A stretch of DNA of 64,000 nucleotides from an uncultured Gammaproteobacteria bacterium (lineage in GTDB: Bacteria; Patescibacteriota; Patescibacteriia; SG8-24): NCBI GenBank assembly GCA_964626205.1, contig CAZVED010000001.1, positions 64,961 to 128,960 of the forward strand, in the 5' to 3' direction. This document shows positions 56,593-64,000 of this stretch, one piece after another. The position numbers were made by a program, and so were the translations under genes. The notes under the pieces are model-generated. The model worked only from the letters and a program-made list of their open reading frames with translations. It was not told the origin of the DNA and did no database searches. The first letter of the stretch is position 1, and every line of letters begins with the position of its first letter.

Positions 56593-57459
56593 ATGTTACC
56601 CTCGGGATACTCTTATAGTATGAAGCCGCACCCGAAAAAACGCCCGCCGATCTGGGAGAAACGTCGTCGCAAAGCCGATATCGCTTCGGGTAAGATCGCA
56701 GCGCCAAAACCGAAGACGACCTCTTGGGGAAGCGTCGCCGAATGGTACGACAAGATGCTCAAGGAAGATACTGGCACCTTCCAGAAGGAGCTTATCTTGC
56801 CGAATCTCAAGCGCCTCATGGCCATTGTGCCAGGGGACCGTGTCGCCGACCTCGCCTGCGGGCAGGGGTTCTTCGCGGCAGCATTCGCCGAAGACGGCGC
56901 CGAGGTCGTCGGTGCCGACCTTGCTCCGGAGCTCATCGAGCGGGCGCGTGTCAACGCGCCGAGCGCGACGTTTCATGTCGCCCCCGCGCACCACGTCCCC
57001 AGCATCCCGTCGGCGTGGGCGTCGCAGGTGACGGTTATCCTTGCCATCCAGAATATCGAGGATGTCCGCGCGACGTTCGCCGAGTGCGCGCGCATCCTGC
57101 GCCCGGGCGGACGGTTGCATGTCGTCATGAATCACCCCGCGTTCCGCATCCCGAAGCGATCGTCATGGGGATGGGACGAGAAGGAGCGGACGCAGTACCG
57201 CCGTACGGACGGCTACCTCACGGAATCCAAGGTGCCCATCGAGATGCATCCCGGCTCCGACCCGACCGTGCGCACCTGGACACTGCACCGCCCGTTGCAG
57301 TTCTACGTGAAAGCTTTCGCACGGAGTGGGTTCGCGGTTACGAACCTGGAAGAGTGGGTCTCTCACAAGAAGAGCGATTCCGGGCCGCGCGCGCCGGAAG
57401 AGAACCGTACGCGCGCAGAGTTCCCGATGTTTCTCTACCTGGAGGCGAAAAAAGCGTGA
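56593..57459 (+). CDS. class I SAM-dependent methyltransferase
   Basis: Motif I VADLACGQGFFAAAF, motif II region, C-terminal substrate domain. Start ambiguous between ATG 56593 and ATG 56620. Confidence 0.65.
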   Translation: MLPSGYSYSMKPHPKKRPPIWEKRRRKADIASGKIAAPKPKTTSWGSVAEWYDKMLKEDTGTFQKELILPNLKRLMAIVPGDRVADLACGQGFFAAAFAEDGAEVVGADLAPELIERARVNAPSATFHVAPAHHVPSIPSAWASQVTVILAIQNIEDVRATFAECARILRPGGRLHVVMNHPAFRIPKRSSWGWDEKERTQYRRTDGYLTESKVPIEMHPGSDPTVRTWTLHRPLQFYVKAFARSGFAVTNLEEWVSHKKSDSGPRAPEENRTRAEFPMFLYLEAKKA

Positions 57460-57482
57460 CCAATCGGTCACGCTTTTTTTGT
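57446..57482. terminator. bidirectional intrinsic terminator containing both convergent stop codons
   Basis: aaaaaa-gcgtgacc-aatc-ggtcacgc-ttttttt. TGA 57457-57459 (plus gene) and TGA 57468-57470 (minus gene) sit in opposite stem arms. Confidence 0.8.
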
Positions 57483-58980
57483 TAGTGGTAACTCAATCGA
57501 GAAGGTCGAACCTGCCCCTTCCTTCGATACGAAACTGAGCGTGCCGCCGTGGGCTTCGATATAGTACTTGGCGACATAGAGACCGAGACCGGAGGCATCC
57601 GGTTCCATGATGGAGGCGTTCGATCCACGGAAGAAACGCAGGAAGACCCTTTTCTGTTCCAACATCGGGATTCCGACACCGGTATCAGCGACCTCGATAC
57701 GGACCTTGTCGTCGTTCTTTTTCATCTGCACCGTGATCGTTCCGCCGGAATGGGAATATCGCATGGCATTCTCGATGAGCTTGGCGAGCGCGGCACGGAA
57801 CTTCGCGGCGTCCACCATCACGGTCGGGAGATCGATCTCTTTCCAGATGGCTTGGCACGTCAGGGAGTTGTTCTCGCAACGTTTCGCGAATTCCCCGATA
57901 ACCCCAAGGACGAGGCTTTCCAGATCGACCTCTTCCTTTTCGAGGGTGATTCGGCCTTCTTCGATATCGATGGCGGTCAGGAGGTCGCTGAGGCGGCGTA
58001 GGATCTCGGTCGTCGCCTCATAGCTTACGCGGACAAGCGATTCGTTTTCCTTGTTGATCTTGGCAAATTCGCTCGAGAGGAGCATTTCGAGGTTCCAGCG
58101 CACGGCATTGAGCGGTGTGCGGAATTGGTGGGAGACGATCTGGATGAACTTGCTTTTGAGGACATCGAGTTCCTTGATGCGCAATTCGTCCGCGTGGTGT
58201 TTCTCCAAGGATTCCTTCTCGAGCGTGATATCCTCGGTGAAACCGGCAGCGCGGTATGGTTCGTTTTTCTCGTTCAAGACAGGGTAGGAACGGAATCGTA
58301 TCCACCGTAAGGTCCCATCGGGTCGACGAATCCTAACCTCCTCGGAGGACGGCTTGCCGGCAATGCCGTTCTGTGTGGCGCGGAGCATGAGCGGTTGATC
58401 CTCCTCCACGATCGCCGCGAACCATTTTTCCGGATTCGCGTACGCCTCGGCGATGGGGAAGCCGAAGATCGTCTCGAATGACGGACTGAGATAGAGGAGC
58501 TTGCCGGTATGCGGATCAACCAAGAAGAACAGCTCTTTGAGATTTTCGGTTATCTGTTGAAGTTGCTGCTCGCTCTCCCTGATGTCGCTGAGCAGCTTTT
58601 TTTTGGTCGCTGACATCCATTTCGACGCCGACGAAACCAGAAAGTTCTTCGCCGTCGATAATGACAGGTGTCATCCAGATTTCCGCGGTGTACGTTTCTC
58701 CGCTCATGCGCGTCTGCTGGAGTTCGCCATGGAACGGTTGTTTTTCGACCTTGATTGCCTGCCACATGCGGTCGTAGAACTCCGCCGGCATCTTTCCGCC
58801 CCAAAGGCTCAGTGGCTTACCGATCATCTCTTTCCGATCATATCCGGTGATCCTTTGTGCGGCCGGGTTGGCGTAGACGATGATACCGTCCGCATCGGCG
58901 AAGATCATGTGAACGGGGGAGAATTCCGCGGCAATGCGGAACTTGTCCGCGTCGAACGTGACGTCGTTGTTGTTGGTCAT
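57468..58980 (-). pseudogene. PAS-PAS sensor histidine kinase interrupted by a frameshift at an A8 homopolymer (sequencing error, phase variation or pseudogene)
   Basis: ORF 58980-58516 (PAS domain, ends ...VEMDVSDQKKAAQ...) and ORF 58616-57468 (MSATKKKLLSDIRE..., second PAS, H-box SHQFRTPLN, HATPase GGTLSFVSKEGAGSTF) overlap in different frames. Removing one A from the run at 58597-58604 (minus-strand A8) fuses them as ...DVSDQKK-LLSDIRESEQQ... Confidence 0.6.
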
Positions 58981-59795
58981 GGAGATGGCGATAGGGTTTC
59001 TGAATCGAGGAGAGAAGGGGTGGCCGCTTCCACGACCTCGTCGGCGAAGACCACCAATCGTTCCGTGTACTGTCGCTCACTCTGGTCCCACGTTCCGGAG
59101 CAGGTGACGAGATTGAGGTGGGCTTTTCCATCCGTCGAAAAGAAGACCTCGGTCGCGTCCGCTGCGGCGTCGTATTCGCGGATTCCGCGTACGACGAACG
59201 AAGTGCTTTTACCGTCGCCTGCTTGTACGGTGATAATGTCGCCGGGCTTGAGCGTGTGCAGCTTGGCAAAGACCGCATGCGCGCTGTACATCCAACTGAC
59301 GTGTCCGGCGATGACTGCGCTCCCGACCTCTCCCGGGCGTGGGCCGAGCGCGTACCAAGCGGTGTCTGCAGGGCGTTTGGGAACGTCCATGGAGCCGTCG
59401 GCAGCCAAGCCGACCGCTCCGATCGGCGCGTTGACGCCGATTGCGGGAATGAGGAGGCGGGATGGCGCGGAGGTGTCAGCGGTTGCGGTGGTTGGTGGAG
59501 GAACAGGTGAAGAGGTAGGTGAGACAGCGCGTGCCGTGACGACGGCTTGTGGAGTCGGAACGGTTTCTGGTACGGAAGGGAGCGGAACGTCATGCGTGTC
59601 GAGGTCTTCCAGTACAAGCGGGGCGGGTAGGGAGACGGGCATCGTGAGGAGCTCACGATGGTCTTCGAGTGCGACGGGTTGCAGTATCGTATCCAAGAGA
59701 AAAGTCGGCCAGATGAGCGCATTGAGCACGACCAAAAAGATCGCGGAGGCTTCCAGAACCCGATACGTCTTTTGATGCGGTCCTTTTCTATGCAT
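58977..59795 (-). CDS. sortase (class E/C-like transpeptidase)
   Basis: N-terminal transmembrane helix, proline-rich linker. Catalytic His in VIAGHV, Cys in LNLVTCSG (TLxTC motif), Arg downstream. Stop overlaps the PAS ATG (ATGA). Confidence 0.75.
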   Translation of the reverse strand: MHRKGPHQKTYRVLEASAIFLVVLNALIWPTFLLDTILQPVALEDHRELLTMPVSLPAPLVLEDLDTHDVPLPSVPETVPTPQAVVTARAVSPTSSPVPPPTTATADTSAPSRLLIPAIGVNAPIGAVGLAADGSMDVPKRPADTAWYALGPRPGEVGSAVIAGHVSWMYSAHAVFAKLHTLKPGDIITVQAGDGKSTSFVVRGIREYDAAADATEVFFSTDGKAHLNLVTCSGTWDQSERQYTERLVVFADEVVEAATPSLLDSETLSPSP

Positions 59796-59805
59796 ACCTT
59801 TTTGA

Positions 59806-59840
59806 AAGAGAGGTCGGACGAACGACGTCCGACCTCTCTT
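59806..59840 (-). promoter_or_regulatory. perfect 14-bp hairpin between the LPXTG-protein and sortase genes (possible attenuator/processing site)
   Basis: agagaggtcggacg-aacg-cgtccgacctctct, 10 nt upstream of the sortase ATG. No clean U-tract on the minus strand. Confidence 0.4.
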
Positions 59841-59862
59841 TGCCGTTTCTTCTCCTGATGAC

Positions 59863-61653
59863 TTACGCCGTCCGCTTCTTGCGCAATGCTGCGAAGAGGA
59901 GCGAGGCGACGACGATTCCTGCGAGGAGGCTCCAAGCGAGCATGTTCCCCGGAGAGAGGGAGCCCGTGTTCGGGAGCGTCGGGACGACGACCGGAGCGAC
60001 GGCGACGACGACTGTCGCGATCGCGAAGTCGCGGGCGGTCAGGCCATTGGCATCACCGGCCGCAACGACGGTGTTCACTGTCGTCTGCGTGAGGTTCGTG
60101 CTGCAGGTGTAGACCCAGGACTCCGTCGGCTCCAACAGCGCGTTGCCGTTGGCATCGCCAGAGACGTAGCTCACCGGGCCGCACTTGTCGTCCGTGAGGC
60201 GGACGTTCTGCAGCGGCACGGTACCCGGGTTGGTGACCCTATTGGTGTACGTGACCATTCCACCGCCAGCGAGGAGTGTCAGCGGGTTCGGGACCTTGGT
60301 CACGTTAATCAGCGGAGGAACAATCGGTGCGCCGACGACGACTGTGGCGCTCGCGATGTCGGTCGCAGAAAGGCCATTCGCCCAACCCTTCGCGACGATG
60401 GTGTTGGTGTGCGTTTCTGTGAGCTGGGTGAAGCAGTGATACACCCACGTCTCATTCACGTCGAGCTGATTGTCGTTGTCGGTGTCACCGGAGGTCCGGT
60501 TGATAGGGCTGCAAGTGTCTCCGATCATTGAGATGTCGGTCACTGGGACGGTTCCGATGTTGCGGAGCGTGTAGGTGTAGTCCACGAGACCTGGACCGCC
60601 AGGCAAGGAGAGCGGGCTCGGCACCTTCACGACATCAATCAACGGCGGGACAGGGGGAGCCACTGGTGCTACTGGCTCGGCGATGTCGTTGTTCGTGATA
60701 ATGCAGAACTTGTGCTCATTAGCACCGAGGCTGATACCGCCGGTTGCGTTGCAATCACCGGAGAACGACTGTGTGTACCCGGCAGTGTTCGTTTCTGTGG
60801 CGTAGTAGAGGGATGCCGATGCAGGGAATACCGTTGCGCTGCCGGATACGACGGATACGCCGGATACGGACAAGGGGAAGTCGACGACGTGCTTGGTACC
60901 GCCGCCATCGTTGATGACGTGCTTAACGACGGTGATGCTCGACTGTTGCGAACCGCCGCCCGGCGCTTGTGCGCACGTCGGCTCGGTAATCTGCGAGTTG
61001 ATCATCGTCACCTGGGCGATGTGCGACAAGGCGCGTCCTTTCAAGGTCGCGGAATCCCCAAGGGAGATGAGCGAGGTGTTGGTGATGATGGTTCCTTCCA
61101 TGTGCGACCCGGCGCCGATGGTCATGGAATCCGCAACTGCCCAGAATACGTCGCTCGCGCAGGCACCGTTCGTCAGGACCATCTGTCCAGTGACCGGAGT
61201 CGTGGAGGAGCCGAGGAAGACGTAGACACCAGCACCGTCGAGCGTAAGGGTGCCGTTCAGTGAGGTTGCAGCAACATTATAGGTGCCCGGTCCAATCGTG
61301 TTGACCCCAGCAAGATCGAGAATGACGCCAGGACCTTGGGCTGTGAGTGCACCATAGGCGTTGCTGATGTCAGTCTGGAGCGCGGCCGGAGTCGGGGCGA
61401 TGATCGATCCATCGACCTGTGTCACGTCGTCGAGGTTCGTGATGCTTGGCAAGGAATCAGCACCGACGTTGCCCCAGTGATGCGTCGTTCCGACGTTGGA
61501 ATTATTCGTTACCCCTGCCTTACCCCAAGCCGAGAAAGGAGCGGCGGTACCAAGGTTTGGTGCCGTTGCCGCAGAAACAGAAATCGGCGTGACAACGCCG
61601 AAGAAGAACGAGAGCACCGCAGTTGCTAGCGAGAGCTTATTGAGTATTTTCAC
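59863..61653 (-). CDS. LPXTG-anchored surface protein: DUF3494/ice-binding-like N-domain plus two ~100-aa DUF11/CARDB-like repeats
   Basis: Signal peptide. C-terminal LPNTG, hydrophobic helix, RKKR. Tandem repeats (I/V)(D/N)V(V/T)KVP(S/N)PL(S/T)L...(Y/V)TYT..N.GTVP...W.VY.C.T.LT. GTG start. Confidence 0.75.
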   Translation of the reverse strand: MKILNKLSLATAVLSFFFGVVTPISVSAATAPNLGTAAPFSAWGKAGVTNNSNVGTTHHWGNVGADSLPSITNLDDVTQVDGSIIAPTPAALQTDISNAYGALTAQGPGVILDLAGVNTIGPGTYNVAATSLNGTLTLDGAGVYVFLGSSTTPVTGQMVLTNGACASDVFWAVADSMTIGAGSHMEGTIITNTSLISLGDSATLKGRALSHIAQVTMINSQITEPTCAQAPGGGSQQSSITVVKHVINDGGGTKHVVDFPLSVSGVSVVSGSATVFPASASLYYATETNTAGYTQSFSGDCNATGGISLGANEHKFCIITNNDIAEPVAPVAPPVPPLIDVVKVPSPLSLPGGPGLVDYTYTLRNIGTVPVTDISMIGDTCSPINRTSGDTDNDNQLDVNETWVYHCFTQLTETHTNTIVAKGWANGLSATDIASATVVVGAPIVPPLINVTKVPNPLTLLAGGGMVTYTNRVTNPGTVPLQNVRLTDDKCGPVSYVSGDANGNALLEPTESWVYTCSTNLTQTTVNTVVAAGDANGLTARDFAIATVVVAVAPVVVPTLPNTGSLSPGNMLAWSLLAGIVVASLLFAALRKKRTA

Positions 61654-61782
61654 ACGTATCGTTGTGAACCAATCTGGAGCATGACCGTGGAGTCAAGTGC
61701 TACAGCAATGAGTTATTTACTTGTGTAGGTTAGCACATTTTTCATGGGGGGTGTGGAAAAAAAGTGGATAACTTTTTGTCAG

Positions 61783-62496
61783 TTAAGCTCGTTCGGCATC
61801 TTCCTTTTCCTTGCGGAGCTGGTCATCCTCTCTCTTCATGGCGCGTTCCGCGACAGATTGTTTGGTGTAGAGACGCATCAGCGAGAAGATGACGGATCCT
61901 GCGAAAATGATGCAACCGGCATTCAAAAGGAAGATAACGAACGCATGCGCGATCATGTCGCCGTCGAAGCGGGCGATGCCGAGGCCGGTGACCGCCAGCG
62001 GGGGAATGAGCGACGCGGCAACGGCGACGCCTGGTAGTGCTGCGCTGAGGTGCGGTTTGATGAGCGCGTACGCTGCTGCGGAACCGGCAACGACCGCAAT
62101 GAGTGCGGAGAAGATGTTGGGCTCAAGGCGCGCGGCAATCTGCGCGTTCAGCTCTGGGCCGAGTCCTGCGACAGGGGCGAAGAGGAGTGATACGGCTGCG
62201 GCAGTCGGGATAGCGAAGAGTATCGAGCGACCGACGGTCATGAAAGATCGCGAGATAAGCGCGCGGTCGGCCATGACAACGCCCATGGCAACGCCGAGGA
62301 TGGGGGAGAGCAGCGGCGCGATGAGCATGCTGCCGATGATGACACCGGCGTCGTCGATGAGCAGACCGAACGTCGCCATCGTGACCGAAAGGACGATGAG
62401 AAGGAAGAAGTCGTCATGCGGCGTGCTATCGGCGATGAGGCGTTCGACGGCTTCCGATTTGTTCTTTTCGACGAGGCTGCTGAAGAGAGTTGTCAT
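61783..62496 (-). CDS. DUF389-family membrane protein
   Basis: Four to six transmembrane helices with G/A-rich repeats typical of the DUF389/TIGR00341 family. Charged C-terminal coil. Confidence 0.5.
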   Translation of the reverse strand: MTTLFSSLVEKNKSEAVERLIADSTPHDDFFLLIVLSVTMATFGLLIDDAGVIIGSMLIAPLLSPILGVAMGVVMADRALISRSFMTVGRSILFAIPTAAAVSLLFAPVAGLGPELNAQIAARLEPNIFSALIAVVAGSAAAYALIKPHLSAALPGVAVAASLIPPLAVTGLGIARFDGDMIAHAFVIFLLNAGCIIFAGSVIFSLMRLYTKQSVAERAMKREDDQLRKEKEDAERA

Positions 62497-62654
62497 ACGA
62501 TGGGTTTATGTTCGAACTGATACGGAAACGTCGACGAGATGCATCTTTTTCAGCATATGCTGAAAGGATACCGTATCGGTTAGCGCATAACAAAGCATAC
62601 AAAAAGCCGCCCTTCATGATGAGGGGCGGCTTACGTGTGGGTCGAGCAGGTCCG

Positions 62655-63248
62655 TTAGGAGCAGGACAGGGTCTGCTGGCTCGCGATCGCCAGCATGCGT
62701 GCTTCGCGCTCCGCGTCCGTCGTGTTCATCGGCCAGACAGCCGTGAAAACGATGACGTGGCCGCTTGCGGGGTTTTGGTGCAGGTGGGTGACGCCGCGCG
62801 TGACAGGTCCTTGTTCGTGGCCGTCCTTGCGCACACCGAAGCCGAACGAAACGGCCTCAGGTGCTCGCTTTGTCGCACCGATGGGCCAAGCGTAGAAGGG
62901 TGCGGGTACGGAGTTCACGACGTGCTTGTAGACCGCGTCGGTGACACCTTCGAAGTCCGCAGCGGCGCGGGTGAGCTGCACGGTGATGATGAGGTCACCG
63001 TCTTGCATCACGATCATGCCCTTCTGCGCGTGCACGTCGGCGACATCCGTCCAGCCGGGAAGGCTGATGCCGTACTCGCATGACCCGAGAGCGGCGGTTT
63101 CCGTGGCCGGTGCGACCTCGGTATACCCTTCGCCATAGAAGACGTCGTTCGTCGTGCGTGCCGGAGTCGTGGAAACGGTGTCAGGCGTTGTCGTCGCGCA
63201 GCCACCGCAGATGGCGGTGAGGAGAATGAGCAAAAGGATGCTGTGCAT
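62655..63248 (-). CDS. hypothetical lipoprotein (197 aa)
   Basis: Lipobox LTAICGGC then a T/P-rich linker. GGGAGG Shine-Dalgarno then ATG. Confidence 0.5.
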   Translation of the reverse strand: MHSILLLILLTAICGGCATTTPDTVSTTPARTTNDVFYGEGYTEVAPATETAALGSCEYGISLPGWTDVADVHAQKGMIVMQDGDLIITVQLTRAAADFEGVTDAVYKHVVNSVPAPFYAWPIGATKRAPEAVSFGFGVRKDGHEQGPVTRGVTHLHQNPASGHVIVFTAVWPMNTTDAEREARMLAIASQQTLSCS

Positions 63249-63307
63249 GGAAACCTCCCGAAACGGAAGCGGCTGACCCTGCCGAAGGGGTTCATGATGA
63301 ACGAGGG

Positions 63308-63336
63308 AGCATAGCAGAAAAACAGCCCTTTGTCAA
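63308..63336 (-). promoter_or_regulatory. promoter TTGACA-N17-TATGCT (extended TGCTATGCT)
   Basis: Consensus -35 and 17-nt spacer on the minus strand, upstream of the lipoprotein gene. Confidence 0.5.
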
Positions 63337-63357
63337 CGGTGGCCGGCCTTATTGAGC

Positions 63358-63388
63358 TTAAAAAAGACCACCACAGGAGGTGGTGGCC
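63358..63388 (-). terminator. intrinsic terminator for the SGNH-like gene
   Basis: On the minus strand: ggccaccacc-tcct-gtggtggtc followed by ttttttaag. Confidence 0.65.
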
Positions 63389-63392
63389 GGTG

Positions 63393-63896
63393 TCAGCGGA
63401 AGGTCGAATCCGCGATGGAGCGGAGGTAGGCGGCGTCCCTTTCGGAGAGCCCGGCGGTGAAACCGGATGGACTGATGGGGGCATCGATAATCGTTCGGAG
63501 GAGCGTTGCGGCGGCAAGGTAGGAGCCAAGCTTGCTCGGATGACTGCCGTCGTTCACCCACAGTGCGCGAGCATCGAACGGTCGTTGCGAGGCGTCATCA
63601 CGAACGATCTGCGCCCAACGTGTCCCAACCGGAGCGACATCCGCGTTCGTCGCTTGCCGGTAGAGGCGGTAGCCGTGCTGGAGCGCGGAGGTGTGACTGT
63701 CGAATGTGCAGGTCGCAGGTTGCGCGGTGCAGGTATGGTCATCGGTCTCACGTCGCCCCCATGTTTCGTAGAAGACGATCCGAGTATCCGAACGGTTCGC
63801 GCGGATGCGTCGCGCGAGCGCGCGGACATCCGGTAAGCTGTGGCGCCGGACGTCGTCAGTGCAACGACTCGGTACGAGGCTGTGGTCTTGGAGCAC
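63393..63896 (-). CDS. SGNH/GDSL-hydrolase-like protein (C-terminal part; N-terminus may extend past the track start)
   Basis: Block V ...WVNDGSHPSKLG (DGxHP). May continue upstream toward the window end in the same frame. Confidence 0.45.
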   Translation of the reverse strand: MLQDHSLVPSRCTDDVRRHSLPDVRALARRIRANRSDTRIVFYETWGRRETDDHTCTAQPATCTFDSHTSALQHGYRLYRQATNADVAPVGTRWAQIVRDDASQRPFDARALWVNDGSHPSKLGSYLAAATLLRTIIDAPISPSGFTAGLSERDAAYLRSIADSTFR

Positions 63897-64000
63897 GACG
63901 ACGTCCCACGGTTGGGACGCAATCGCCGCAAGCGTCTTCGCGCTGCGTCGATGGTAGGAGAGGGACTTGCCGCCGACGGCCGCGACGTCGACACTGATGT

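Overview
This is a dense 64-kb window of high-GC (~65%) bacterial chromosome, coding on both strands with short or overlapping gene junctions. Lineage cannot be called from sequence. The sortase plus LPXTG substrate suggest a monoderm envelope, and the many small orphan proteins and broken operons are reminiscent of Patescibacteria/CPR-like or Chloroflexota-like genomes; that is inference only.

Coding content, roughly left to right:
- A type IV pilus/T2SS-like operon on the minus strand: pilB, pilC and three prepilin-like genes.
- A fragmented cell-wall (dcw) set on the plus strand: mraY, then lon, ftsW and murG. murD lies 9 kb away and is translationally coupled to a translin-family gene.
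- Housekeeping genes: holB, frr, glyQS (dimeric GlyRS), an M16 peptidase, tpiA, rpmG, typA, HU, engB, RluA-family and RlmI-like rRNA modification enzymes, and a DEAH helicase.
- Other recognisable proteins: GT4 glycosyltransferase, membrane metallophosphoesterase, HD-domain dGTPase-like protein, GH31 lipoprotein, metzincin-like lipoprotein, membrane cupredoxin, L,D-transpeptidase with TSP3 repeats, ABC-2 exporter, ExbB/ExbD-like pair, YibE/F and DUF389 membrane proteins.
- A sortase/LPXTG surface-protein/PAS histidine-kinase operon, in which the kinase is frameshifted at a poly-A8 tract.
- A cluster of orphan small proteins and a 779-aa charged, glycine-zipper protein around tRNA-Lys.

RNA genes: tRNA-Lys(UUU) on the minus strand, and a tRNA-Thr(UGU), tRNA-Tyr(GUA), tRNA-Thr(GGU) cluster upstream of rpmG.

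Non-coding highlights:
- A promoter-to-terminator unit of about 440 nt with no credible ORF (candidate unassigned structured RNA).
- A family of long palindromic elements sharing a TGTCATTGCGAG core.
- A perfect 29-bp inverted repeat flanking 133 bp next to a GIY-YIG nuclease gene.
- Many near-consensus TTGACA-N17-TGCTATAnT promoters.
- Bidirectional intrinsic terminators that often overlap convergent stop codons.

No CRISPR array, rRNA or obvious prophage was seen.
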